A DNA stretch of 64,000 nucleotides from NCBI GenBank assembly GCA_046563655.1, contig CM102289.1, positions 2,356,001-2,420,000 of the forward strand, given 5' to 3'. This DNA is from Yuukianura sp. NJ FZ-2021 (lineage: Eukaryota). The position numbers and the translations under genes are program-made. Under the pieces are notes generated by a model that saw nothing but the letters and a program-made list of their open reading frames with translations, made no database searches and was not told the origin of the DNA. Shown one piece after another: positions 13,201 through 30,836 of the stretch. Every line of letters starts with the position of its first letter. Within the stretch, counting starts at the first letter, position 1.

Positions 13201-16200
13201 GAATATTGCCGTGAACAACGCGTGGAAACAATTGCAATATCAGCACAACATGCCTTTCACTCAAGGCAAATGGACGATATCCTCAAACCATTTAGAACTG
13301 AACTAGAATCGATTTTAGAAAAAACAGGAAGTGCACCAATCATAAAGTATATTTCGGGAACAGAAGCCAAAGTTGTTGAAACTAGTTTAGCATTTGGTCC
13401 TGACAATTGGGAAAAACACCTACGAAATCCAGTTCGTTTTTCGCGCGCAATTCAAACTTTGCTGAATGATGAATTCCGGACGTTTGTTGAAATTGGGCCC
13501 AGTCCTGTCCTTCTTGGCATCACAATGACAAATGCTGCCGAAACTTCTTTCACCGAACTGAACCTTGTACCTTCCGCCCGGCGTACGGATCCTACACGAC
13601 TTACATTTCACGATTCACTAATCAAGTTATATTTACAAGGACACAGAATTAACTGGAGAGGGCAGACGCCCAACAAAGGCCAACATCTCCAAATTCCGAA
13701 GTATCAATTTCAACGACAGTCATACTGGATAGGACAAAACGTTGACCACAACATGTCGGATGCTGCCCAAATTGGGTCATGTTTTAGTGGCGTTGCGAAT
13801 CAAGACAAAATACATCCGCTCCTCGGTTTAGAAGTCTTCATGCCAGCTTCATTACGCACTTTTGCAAACTTCGTAACGGTTAAACACTATCCATATTTGG
13901 CGGATCACATCGTAGCTGGACTTAAAGTATACCCCGCTGCTGCTTTCATTGAAACTGCATTTGCGGCTGCGCGAGAAATTTTACAGGAAGGCGGTACACT
14001 CAAATGCCCGTTGACCTTACAAAAATTTGGAATTGATGCGGCACTTGACATTGCTACTGGAGTGGAGTTGTATACGACAGTAGAGCAACTTGAAAGTGAA
14101 CATGGACTTACCTACAACTTGGAAATTTTGAAAAAGGTTAAAAATGGAACATTCAAACGGAATATTTCTACAAAATTTGTACCAGGTTGCAAAGCTTTAA
14201 ACAAAAAGCAACTGGATATCAGCGACATCAAACGGCGATTACAAAAGAAAGAAAGTGGAGCAATCGATCGTGTTTATTCTGCCATCGCCAGTAGGGGAAT
14301 AGAATTCGGACCGACATTTCAAAGCATCAAATCCGTCTACACATCAGACAATGGTGAATTTCTAACAGAAATTTGTCTTCAGGAAAATGCGACCTCTGCC
14401 GAATACATTTGTCATCCTGTTGTGATTGATTCATTACTTCAAACAAAAGCGCTCCAAATATACTTTGTAGATGCGAGTAACAATATGAACGTCGGTGACA
14501 ACAAAATCTGTTTACCAATTGCAATCGAACAAATCACGTGGTTTTCGGAAACACTCACGCCGAAACTCTACACTTACTGCTTTCCAAACGAAATAGATGG
14601 CAACTCTTCCGTTTTTTTGGTAAACGAAGATGGGAATTTGCTACTTGAATTGAAGGGGGTAGAGCTAATTGAAACTACTGCTGAAATAGTGTTGAACTCA
14701 ATTGAACATCAAATCCCAAATGACATGAATTTTTCAGCGGAGGTTTGGCGCCCAGTTTCAAATTATACTAAAAACATAGTATCAAGTGTTGTCGAACATT
14801 TTTGCGAAGTTTCGGCTGAATCCGAATGCATTCGGAAGTGTTTAGACGACATCCAACAAATACACGATTTCCATAAATCGGACGATGATTACGATAAACC
14901 TGGATTGCTTGCAATTATGAATGCAGTGCAAGTTTGTGGGTGGCCATATCAGGTACATTACGAAACTGAAAAAAAAACTTTATTATTTAAAGATATTATT
15001 AATTAAACTAATTAGCTAATATCTATATCTGAATTCCAATTTGTTGTAATTTTTATTCCCTGCGATAATGTTCCAGGTCGGAGCGATTTTGAACCCAGAA
15101 GATTGGAAATGTCGAATTCCAGTGGGCGTACCACAGCAAGTCGTCGACTTTTATTTGTACAAGCTTGAAATGACAGGATACCTCCAAAGTGTACAAGTCT
15201 CTGAAGGTTCAGGGTATCGCGTACTGCGACAATTGGAATCACCGTCAAATTGTGAAAAACTTGTTCGGGAAATAGGAGTTAAGGCAAGAAATGAAATATT
15301 CAGTTTCAATATGGCTTGGATGGTTAAGTACTGCGATGAGCTGCCACTAGTTCTGAGTGGAAAAATGACGCCTATAGAATACCACTTTCCCACCGATACT
15401 ACAAAACTAGGTGCAATGAAATTCTACACTGAGGCAATAGCTTACCGACATCAGTGCGTCATGGCCATTGACTGTTTGATTCAAACTGTTAAGAATCTAA
15501 CTACTCCGAATCCGAATACATCCGACGAACATGGAAAAACGGTTTATCCCAACGAAAAAACCTTGACGACACAAATTTTGGAAGTTGGGGGTGGAGGTGG
15601 AATGGCCACTGAGTTGCTCATTTCTCAGTTGAAATCAACCTCACATTCTTTTGAATACACGTTTACAGACATTTCACCATTTCTTGTCGATGCAGCTAAG
15701 AAAACGTTTTCAATCTACCCTGAATTTGCTTTCCAAACTTTCGATATTGAGAAAGATCCACTTCCGCAAGGCTATTTGCCAGAATCATTTGATTTAATAT
15801 TTGCATGCCAGGTATTGCATGCAACCCGAGATTTGGCAGAAACTCTACAAAACTTGAAGGTTCTTCTGCGATCTGGTGGGCGCTTAATTTTTACAGAGTC
15901 GTTCGGAATTATGGAATTTTTTGATTTGACTTTTGGACTGTTAGAAGGTTGGTGGAGATTTAGCGACTTTAGAAAAGAAGAAGGAAACTTAACACCAGTC
16001 GTTTCTTCCGATAAATGGCGCGAACTTTTGATCAGAAATGGATTTGAAAATGTGAAAACAATCGAAACGGCGTACCCGGGTGGAGTAGTAGTAGCTACTA
16101 AATCAAACGCACAGTTGTTGCCTACTGCTGTGCCAATGCATGGTGAACATATTTCAAAGCCTAGCTGGGTCACGGTATCGGATCAAAATCCATTGGCTGC

Positions 16201-19200
16201 AAGTGTGATCGAATTACTACGACAGTCTAATAGAAATGTGACAACGTACAACGTTGAAGACTGCATTCTGAAGGATGTATTGCTAGACGTGAATTTGGAA
16301 GGAGTTTTGTTCTTTTGGACAGGAAGCGACGATGAAGAAGGTTTCGCCGGTGAACAAGAAAAGTACATTGGCAGCCTTCTCCGCCTCCTCAAATTTTACG
16401 TCGTCACAGAAAAAGCGAAAGGCTCCAAAATTCGAATTGTGACTCGCGGGGCGTTTCAAATTGGAGACGACGAAATTCCAAGTCCCAACAAAACAGCGCT
16501 GTGGGGACTTGTGAGAGCGTTTCGCAACGAATGTCAACGGTACGATCCTTTCCTCATAGACTTCGGTCAAGTAGAAGGCAAACACGAAAGTCACCAGCTA
16601 TTTGCTACTCTGTTTACCCCAAAAGCCGAAGAAGCAACCGCTTTTCGAGGTGACCGGACATACGTGCTTCGATTCGTGGATGAACTGCCGAAACGACACA
16701 AAGTCAAACTACCAAATTGCGAGCGCTATCGGTTCATAAATCCGCCGAGTAATTGCTTCACTGATATTAAAATTGGACCTGACACTGCTAGAGATCTAAG
16801 GGACACGGATATTGAAGTTGCCGTCAGAGCATGCGCACTAAACTTCAAAGACATTTTTTGTGTACTAAAACCAAAGGAATTTCAAATTCCAAAAGAACAT
16901 CTGGAACATATCGGCCTCGACGTTTCTGGAGTCGTGACCCGAGTTGGGTCAAAAGTTACACGACATCAAGTTGGAGACGAAGTAGCCGGAATATCTTCGG
17001 CGTGTGGTATTGCGAGTCATACAGTATCCTCTGAATTCGGATTTTGGAAAAAACCTAAAGAAATTTCGTTTGCGGCTGCTGCTGGATGCCCTACAGTGTA
17101 TCTGACAGCACACTATGCACTACATCACTTAGCCAAAATACAACCCGGCGACCGTGTGTTGATTCATGCTGGAGCTGGCGGCGTTGGCCTTGCAGCTATT
17201 GATATTGTAAAGAATTGTCAAGGCCAGGTTTTTGCAACGGCCGGATCAAAACGAAAACGGACCTATTTGCGAAGATTTTGCGGAGTAAGTCAGATCTACA
17301 ACTCTAGAAACACCAGTTTTGGGCAACAAATTCTTGATGAGACAAATGGGGTGGGTGTTGACATCGTGCTGAATTGCCTCACCGGACCAGGATTCAAAGA
17401 AGCATCACTTGCAGCGACTGCGCTCAACGGAAGATTCGTTGAATTGGCCAAGCTGAACATTTGGACAACCGCAGAGATCAATCAGCTCCGTCCAGACGTT
17501 GACTACAAATTTATTGAGTTGGTTTCTATGGATTTCATGGAAAAGGAGACCTTCCAGATACAATGCGCAAGCTTGAACTTAAATTTCGCGACCAGCTTCC
17601 GAAACTTCCATGTAAAGTTTTTCCTCTAGAGGATATTCAATCCGCTTTTTATTACTTTCAAGAAGCAAAACAAATTGGAAAAGTCGTATTGCGCATGCCG
17701 GCAACAGAAGTTAACAACGGAGCTCTAATTCACATAAACAAAATCTTTAATACGTGTTCCACTTATCTTATTACTGGTGGCCTTGGTGGAATAGGAATTG
17801 AGTTGGCAAAATGGATGACAATCAAGGGAGCTGCAAATATTGTTTTGGTTGGAAGAAAACAAGCTTCTACCCATGCGCAGGCAGTTATTGATGATTTAAG
17901 GAACAAAGGACTCAACATTCTTGTTTTAAATCTGGACATTTCAAAAGAAGAAGACTGTGACAGAACTGTTCCGCGCAGTTGAAGATTCCAAAACATTTCC
18001 GCCGATCAAAGGAATTTTCCATGCTGCTGGAGTACTGCACGACGCAGCATTTGAAAACCAAAGTTGGGAATCACTGAACGCCTCACTTGCTCCAAAAGCC
18101 CACGGCGCATGGAATTTGCACTGTCGCTTTCTAAACACAGATTTGGAATTTTTTGTTTTATTTTCTTCTGCAGCGTCACTGTTTGGCAGCATCGGTCAAG
18201 CACCTCACGCAACTGCAAACAAGTACTTGGATGGGTTCGCGTGGTATCGGCATTCGCTCGGCTTGCCTGCAACGAGCATCAACTGGGGATTGTGGTAAAT
18301 AATTTTGGTGTATTTTGAAACTAAATTTTATAAATCTCCCCATTTTTTTCAAGAACCTATTCCTGCGGCAAATTATTTTTTATTCATTTTTCCATTATTT
18401 AGGAAAGACATTGGAGCAGGAGTTGGTGTCACAAATGACCAAGAAAATAGGCTTGGCCTTAAGGGATTTCCTCCAAGGGACGGTTTCAGGGCATTAGAAG
18501 AACTGATGACTTCAGACTTGCCACAAGTAGCATTCGTACCCACACGCGGCTGGAAAATTATGAAAAGCTTCTTCTCTCTTGGTCACTATTTCGATGAAGT
18601 AGAAATTCACAAGGATACGAGTGACAGATTAGAAGAATTGCAAAAGGAAATTGATGTCATCAAAACCATGTGAACCCGAGTCTACGACAAGAAAAACTGC
18701 GTGTAAGTTCTTGAGTCAATTATCAAAGAAACACTGAGGCTTCCAAAAGACGAAGTTCTGGACATCGACCAGCCACTTGAGTGAAATGGGAGTCGATTCT
18801 CTTATGGGTATGGAAATGAAGACACGTCTAGAAAAGTTAACGAGTCGTAATCTTCCAATCAGCACGCTTCAAGAGTACCGTACTATTCGGAAGCTGTCAG
18901 CGTATGTCGCTCGGGTTCTAGACGACGACAAAGATTCAAACGCATCTTCCATTGATCAAAAGCATGTTTTAAGTTCGGACTCAATTTTGCCGTCCGAGCT
19001 GAAGGAAGCTTTGGAAAATGCTTCGAAGAAATCAGCAACAAACAGAGATTTTAAATCAATTCTTTTGACCGGCGCGACGGGTCACTTCGGCGCTCACGTC
19101 CTTCCAGAAATTCAGAAAATGAGCAAGGAAATTCACATATTTTGTTTGCTTCGTGCAGCTTCTGACGAAATTGCAAGAGAAATTCTTCACAAAACTCTGA

Positions 19201-20226
19201 CATATTATGACCTCTTGGGAGAGGTCAACTTTAACCAAATTTCTGTTATTGCTGGAGACATTTGTCATGACCTGCTTGGATTGCCACAGAAAAAGTACGA
19301 TTTGTTGACTGCACGAGTTGACGCGGTTGTTCATTGTGCCGCAAAGGTCAATCATGTTGAGAGTTACTATGACGGTTCTGGATTTGACATGCGATCGGTC
19401 AATGTCCTAGGCCTTCTGCGCATCCTCAAATTCTGTACAGGAGGACGACTCAAGCATATCATGTATCCATCAGCTTTGTTATGTGTGACGGAACTGGATG
19501 AGGATGGAGCACTTCCAGAACGTTGGCTACCACTCAATTCTTTTGAGAAAATACAAAATGGATATCTTCAATCCGAAAAGCATTTGTGAGGCGCTACTGC
19601 AACAAGCTGAAGAAGCCGGACTTCCGGTCACGCTTTTCCGAATTCCATTTTTGTATGCGAGCTACGCTACGGGAATTCCGAGCAGAGGATTTGATCACGT
19701 CTGGACTCTAATTTCAACTTGTATCAGACTAAGAAAGTTTCCAAACCTTGTTCATACTGGAGGAATTCCAATATTTCCGGCCAATATTTGTGCCCAAATT
19801 TGTGCAGAAATTTTCATGAAAAGTGACACCGAAACTGGAGTATACAATCTCATCAACGTCAAACAAATTACGCAGCAAGACGCACAAGCAATTGGGGCCG
19901 AGCTGGGCATTGACTTTGAAATTGTTGAGTTTACTGAGTGGAGGGACGCTGCATTCGAAGAATTGGATGACGATTTGATGCGACCATTGTTTCCAATCTA
20001 CGCCGACACAGAAAGTGGACAATCAAATGTGTTTGCGTTTCACTCTTTGGGAAACGAATGGAACCGAGCGCTCCACAGGGACTACAGTACAAAAACTCTT
20101 AAAAACCTGCCGGGAATTGAAGCGGTGAATTCGTTTTCTCCACAGGAGTTATTTCGACGTCGCTTAGTGAATTCCGTACAACAAGAACAACAAAAATTGT
20201 CCAAAAAGAACAGCGCTTTTGCATAG
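10263..20226 (+). CDS. Single-module type I polyketide synthase KS-AT-DH-cMT-ER-KR-ACP-thioester reductase (~2980 aa); frameshifted in this assembly
   Basis: KS: DPQQRLLLE, ESGCSSS, EAHGTGT, KTNIGHCEAAAG. AT: FPGQG, GHSLG, HAFHS. DH: HIVAGLKVYP, DSLLQ. MT: LEVGGGGG, VLHAT. ER: LIHAGAGGVG. KR: ITGGLGGIG, HAAGVLHD. ACP: GVDSL. R: LTGATGHFG, GYLQSK. Predicted introns 10798-11107, 11340-11450, 11687-11758, 12191-12481, 14953-15076, 18295-18402. Confidence 0.93.
10807..11034. mobile_element. CAAGGTT-family MITE in the first coding intron of the PKS
   Basis: CAAGGTT ... CAGGTTATGTCAT / ATGGCATAACCTG ... AATGTTG. Flanked by the 9-bp duplication GTACAAAAC, which includes the intron donor. Confidence 0.75.
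12187..12469. mobile_element. CAAGGTT-family MITE inserted in PKS coding sequence and predicted to splice out as intron 12191-12481
   Basis: TIR CAAGGTT...AACCTTG, internal CTACAACAGGTTGTCC / GGACAACGTGTTGTAG, and TSD CTTTGATT at 12179-12186 and 12470-12477. Confidence 0.9.
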
Positions 20227-21007
20227 ACACATTTTTTGAAACGTGTAATCGGGGAATTAATAGCTATTATTACTAGTAGTTAAATCATTCGAGTCTGTAC
20301 TTGCCTATTAGTTGAATGTAATCCGACATAAAAACGAAAAGTCTTTCTTGAATTTGGACAGAGGAACAAACAGACTTACAAAAATATTTACTGAAAACCG
20401 GCGAAATATTTAACTAAATACAATATTCACCAAAAAAGATCGAAATATTTCACAAATTTTGATGCCATAATTTGCGTCTCTAAATCCATCCTGAAGGTCC
20501 CTGGGTCCCTGGCACAATTTTTACAAACTGAGTAAAAATTCTGGATGTTTAATTTCGAAGTGAAATAAATCACCAAGACATCGGCAACTGTTTGCATGTT
20601 TGAACGAAAGGTAGAGCGAATTTCCGTACTCCACACTGATTCATCCGCGGCAAATATATCGATGTCTGTTGTTAAACAGAAACCGATGTTGCAGTTGTAA
20701 ACAGAAACGATTTATGTTAAATAATCAACAATAAGCCGTTTTCCATTGGTACTTCAAGCACTCGACTCCAAAGAAAAAAGTGCAGAGAGTGAAAATCCAA
20801 CTGCAAAAATAAATTGTCACGTCTAATTTATTCACGAACATACGATTGTAATTATCCAATTCTTCCTGGAGATTTCATATGTTATAAAATCCAGTTGATA
20901 AGTTGATTTGTCACTTGAATTCTGCTTTTTATTCAACCAATTAGTACCAGTTGACCTTCGTCAAAGGCTGAACGTGGTTGATGATTCTACTGTAATCAGT
21001 TTTGAAA

Positions 21008-25612
<4,605 letters not shown>

Positions 25613-25744
25613 ATAAAATATATGCATTCTTTGAAAATATTGGCATATTTGGTTTAAAAAAAGTTGTCGTTAGACCAAAAAAGTCAAAAATTCTCACAGA
25701 GATATGGATAAAATTGAGCCGTTCTCATTGAAAATTTTTGCACA

Positions 25745-25804
25745 AAATCGAAAAACCCGAGCTATTGGACAACCTGTTGTAGAAAAAATTGTTTACGAGC
25801 CTTG
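25745..25804. mobile_element. Partial CAAGGTT-family MITE (one end only)
   Basis: CCCGAGCTATTGGACAACCTGTTGTAGAAAAAA...GAGCCTTG is similar to the reverse complement of the left end of the 12187 copy. Confidence 0.6.
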
Positions 25805-26320
25805 AATGTACTGGTCCATTCATTTAAAACAATACTTGATATAATTAACAGTATGACAATAAATTCAGAGTTGTATTTCTGGATTTCTTTTGCAACTTGA
25901 TTCCAGTGCCATAATTTTGAAAACTGTTTACTCTAAACTTTGTTTTATTAACAAAGACTTTCGCATTAGAAATGAATGCAAAACAGTTCTAATCTTAGTA
26001 ATTAACCAAATAAAAATTTCCCATGCCTAGAAATTTTTTCAACTGGGTGAAATTTTTAGTGATTCATTAAATTGTGTGCGTGATTCCATTTCCGTTGCTG
26101 ATTTTGAATGGAGTTGAAGCACAAGACAAAAGAATAGTCTCTCTTTTGTCATTAAAAATTAAAAACTATGAAAATGAATTCGTGCAGTAGTTCTTTTTTT
26201 TTAATTTTTGGTTGACTGATGCAATGTCTCAGATGAATTTGCATATTATACTGTACCGGTTGAGCAGCAATTGTGAGCCACATTTGGTAGATAAGTAAAG
26301 TTTTAAACTTTGGTTTTTAA

Positions 26321-26944
26321 ATGAAACAACAAATGTCAACTGCCGGGTATCTGGGGTGGATTGGAACAGCTTCGTTTTTTCTTATCCTTGTTCTTCGGTA
26401 TGGAATCATTTCGAAATGTATGTACTCTGAAGTAGCCAAGGTAAAAAGATAACAAGGAACGTATTCCAAGTATACATATTTATATTATTCATATTATTTT
26501 ATAACATATTTTATGTTCATATATTTTTGACTAGACAATGTACTTAGAACCTGGAGCAAAAATATGGGACGTATGGTCCGATGTGCCGATCCCAATTTAC
26601 TCCAAGTTTTACTTTTTCAATGTCACAAATTCTTTGGACGTTGTTAATGGGCAGAAACCAATCGTCAAGGAAATTGGGCCTTACGTTTACCAGTAAAGAC
26701 CGAATTTTTTGAAAATTCTTTTTGAAATCGTTTTTATATTGTTTTATCTTCAATAGAGAGCATCGTATGAAGGTCATTCTCAACGTTAATGAAGATACAG
26801 TCAAATATAGGCCCAGGACACATTACTTTTTCCGTGCTGACCTGTCTTATGGTACGGAAGACGACGCCGTGACAATGCTCAATGTTCCATTTGTGGTAAC
26901 AATAATATAGAAATATAATAGTATGTAAAAAGAATAATAATTCC

Positions 26945-27007
<63 letters not shown>

Positions 27008-28581
27008 TATAACAGAATGTGCCATCAGATGTCAATGATTTGATTTTGTAGGGTATTTCTAAGATGGCATGGGACATGTCGAAGCAGCCTTACGTGCTGT
27101 CCACATTGGACGATCTGCTGGTGGAAAAGGGAGAGAAAGTTTTTCAAACGAACAAAGTGCGGGAACTTTTATTCGATGGAGTTCCAATTGAGAATTACAT
27201 GGAACTCCTTTCTCTACCGGTGGCAGAAATGTTTGGACAAAACGGAAAAACACAAGTGCCAGAGAGACTGCTCGATGGCAACTTTGGATTTTTTGACGAC
27301 GTGAGATTTCAAATTGTTCCCGGGATTTCTGCTCCAACTTTTTAAAATTTGATCAAAGGTTCTTCAATTTGAATTCTTCATTTTTTAGAGAAACGGAACC
27401 GCTGAGGATATTTGGATAGTGAAATCTGGGAAGGAAACGTAGATGAATTTGGGCGCATAGTAAGTTGGAATGGACATGCAAAATTGGAGGTTTGGGATGA
27501 CAAAGATGGAGAAACGTGTAACGAGATCAGAGGAACTGACGGTTCAATCTTCCCGCCTTTTGGAATTGGGAGTCAACTGGATATTTTCACTCCGGAACTC
27601 TGTCGGTACAGTGAAAAAAAAATTCAAAATTTTTTCACATTTCAAATTTTAATGAGTTCCTGCAGGACATTGCAAATGAGTTACTTGAAAGCCTCTGAAC
27701 ACCATGGCCTGCCCACGATGTTGTTTACGTTTGCACCAAACGTTTTTGGAAGTTTGAAAAATTTTCCGGAAAACGGATGTTTTTGTAGAGACACTTTCGA
27801 GTATTGCATGAAAGGTGGATTGATGCCGCTCGGAAAATGTCATGGCGGTAACTTTAAAACTAAAACTAAATTTAAAACTAAAGTTCATGCAAAACTTTTT
27901 TCTCAACAAGACTTAACAAGAATTTTTTTCACATGTAGGTGCTCCACTGTTTCTGTCACATCCACATTTCATGAACGCCCACCCCGACTACATCAACGGT
28001 ATCGAAGGAATTCACCCTGATGAAAATGATTACCAAAGTTACCTTCATTTGGACAAGGTTTGTTCTTCGAAATTTTTGAAAACAGTTAAATTAGCTTGAA
28101 ATAATCATTTTTATTTGAAATGTGGAATATTTCAACTAACTGTAGAACATTGGAGTTGTAATTGGCGCCACTTTTCGACTACAAATGAACATAGAGCTGC
28201 AACCATACGACTCCATGTCAGCTTTCACAAATGTACCAAGCGTAATATTTCCTTTGTTGTGGACGGAGCAGGTAAAGTTGTCCATAAACACTGTTTTCAA
28301 TCCAAATATTAGGCTAGTGTATGGCAAAAACTACAATTTCAAAATTTTTGAAACGTTGATAAAAATTATTTTGAATTTTGATCCCCTTATGCTAGAGTGC
28401 AATGGCTACTGATGAATTGCTGGAACCCGTGAAGAGATTCGCCTTTTACGTCCAACTTATAAATACTTGTGGCTACATTCTTCTTTTCATCAGTGCAGCA
28501 TGTATATTTACCTCCGCTTACATGTATGCCAAAAGCAAAAATTGGGAAATAAGCAAAATGATGATGAGGAAGGCCACTTGA
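26321..28581 (+). CDS. CD36 / scavenger receptor class B protein
   Basis: N- and C-terminal TM helices. Motifs FYFFNVTN, KEIGPYVY, CNEIRGTDGSIFPP, IFTPELCR, PENGCFC, APLFLSHPHF and FPLLW. Confidence 0.9.
26946..27006 (+). repeat. (AAT)n microsatellite, about 20 units, intronic
   Basis: Read directly from the sequence. Confidence 0.95.
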
Positions 28582-28670
28582 AGTGGAATAATTTGAAATG
28601 TATTTGCAACATTAAACTTTAAAATTAAAATTGTAAATTCTGAATGCGGAATTGTTGAAATTTCGTACTT

Positions 28671-30836
28671 TCATGCCAACACTTTGCCAATACCGAAGTA
28701 GATGACTATTCCTATGAAGTTGAAAACAGTCAAAACGGCACTGGATGTTTTGGATGTGTCCGTTTCTGTTTTCGTTGTGTTTGGACCGGCAGGTTTGAGC
28801 GTCGGCGCAGTTTCAATTCCGCCATGCTGTCCTCCCTGATTGCCATTCTCAGGCTCCTTATAGGTGTAGGCATCGGCGAGAATTGTAGTGTACACAGAAA
28901 CAGCTTTGTCTTCAGGGCCATCGTGATAGCCAAGTTTTTCACCTGAAAAAAAATATTCACAATAGATGAGTTTGTCAATATGGTAAGTTGAAAATGTTTG
29001 GTACAAAAACCAAAGTTTCAGTAATTCCGTTGTATTTGAAACTACAATTTGAAATACAGTAAAATTTGAGTTGGGATAAACCAATTGTTGATGCCTATTT
29101 CACATGAAATACGCCATGTTATATACGGCATAAGCTCTGTATGTGAGTTGCGGACGCAGCTTATAGTCCACGGATATCTGACATATTTTAACAAAGTTGG
29201 CTTGATGGGATTTAGTTAACCTATGATTGCTGAACAAAACCTAACTTTCACTTTGTATTAGAAATATCACTGGTTTGAAGCGATATCGGTTGGTAGGGAT
29301 ACAACGGCACCAACTCCGGTTTACCTCAACCAAACGTGACTTACGTCCATTTTCTTTGTTGACACTGATTACCGCAGCGCGAGCCATGATTATATGGAAC
29401 GTGTCATTGAGCAGATCAAAATTTCGGCCAACTTCCCTTGTAGTATCCTCCAAATATGCTGTTCTCGTGAACTCACACATTACGTATCCATTAGTGTAAT
29501 TTCCACTGCTTTGTTGTGGCACCAATCCCGTGTACTCGTTCTAAAAACGAAAAAATTTTTTTCCAAAAACGAATTTCTAAAACACAACGCTCAGGATTTG
29601 TAAGTTTTAGTATACAAATACAATCGTTAAAAAAGTTTTTGGTACCTGAAAAATTGAGTTCTGTTGGGTATTAGGCAAGTTAAAGTAAGATTTTGGTTGA
29701 ACTTTGCCATTTTTGAAAACACAGCCGATGACACTATCCGAACCCTAAAAAACGTTTAAAAAACGAAAAAATTGTGAACATAAAGCGTGCAGTCATACTT
29801 GATTTTTTAATAAGTTCAAATGTGACTTACCATGTACTTGTCATGCGACAGACCAGACGAAACATGTCCCTGTGTCAATGTTTTTGTGTCGTCGTACGTT
29901 CTCCATCCCGGCAATCTTCCAGCGATTTGAAACCTGAATTGATTGTTGGACAATTTCTTCCAGGAAGTGAACATGTGACATAGCGGAGCATTTGGAGAAG
30001 GATCGGAGTAACAGTTTAGCGGGAATCCAAAACAGCCTTTGTAGTGGTCACATCCAGCATAGTACTGTTCCCGCATCACCTTAGTAATGGCGCCAAAGGC
30101 ATTCGAACTTTCATGCTGCAAAAGTCAAAATCTTGAACACTCAGGAAAAAAGAAGTTGAAAAAACGAAAATTTTCAAACAACTAAAAAAAATACCTGAGG
30201 CATGCCTTCGTCATAGTCTTCATCTTCCGGAAAGTAGTTTGGATCTCTTGTTACCCGGATTTCTGCTGACTGGACTCTGAGCCAAAACGTTTTATAGTCT
30301 TTCACAAACGTTACCAAAATGACAAACACTCCATCTTCATTTGGCGGCATCCAATCAAATTCGATGTTGTTTTTCAACGAAGCATTCTTGTGAGTCAATG
30401 CAGAATGACGAATTCCAAAACAATCTAGTGTTTGTACATTGGAATTGGCAGGAATCAATGACGCAATTGTTCCAGTAAGTGGTGGTCCAGAAGGAGGCAC
30501 TCCATTGGAACGCACTTTGTAACCAATAGCAAGGAATCCCTTGAAGGGCACCGTAGGGGCCGCAAGTCTAACACGAACAGTATCACCTCCTTTGATATCC
30601 AGTTTGGACACGATCACTTGATACGGCGATACAGATTTTTGATCTGAAAAACGGAACAAACGTTAATGAAAACAATTTTTTACAAAATCAAAATTTTTGA
30701 AAATGTTTGTCATCTGACCTTTGACATTGTGACTTGGAAACATATCCATACACTGGTCAATCGGTGCTCCGCCGGGATAAGCCATAGAAAGAACCACCAT
30801 TTGAAAAAAGCACCAAAATTTTAGCAAGGTCGCCAT
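28671..30836 (-). CDS. Reeler + DOMON domain protein (ferric-chelate reductase 1 / defence protein-like), probable GPI or TM anchor
   Basis: Signal peptide followed by YPGGAPIDQCMDMFPSH. Reeler motifs FKGFL, ALTH, FDWMPP and TFVKDYKTFW. YAGCDHYKGCFGFP linker. DOMON motifs GLSHDKYM and CEFTR...FDL. Hydrophobic C-terminus; no cytochrome b561 domain seen. Confidence 0.8.

Noticed and set aside
14950..15076. Third possible TE-derived PKS intron (CAGGTACATTA / TAATGTTCCAG weak inverted match at the ends)
   Set aside because: The match is short and imperfect, there is no clear TSD and no second copy in the window, so chance cannot be excluded.
17550..19580. Programmed ribosomal frameshifting or RNA editing in the PKS
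   Set aside because: There is no shared slippery motif at the sites and there are too many shifts; sequencing error or decay is more parsimonious.
12661..20022. Antisense ORFs over the PKS (similar ones occur over other genes)
   Set aside because: Shadow ORFs with no recognisable motifs.
10263..20226. Bacterial contamination, or ordinary animal fatty acid synthase
   Set aside because: Spliceosomal introns and host MITEs argue against contamination. The MT motif and terminal reductase in place of a thioesterase argue against canonical FAS.
29093..29200. Possible small MITE in a Reeler-DOMON intron
   Set aside because: The inverted match is too degenerate to define ends or a TSD.
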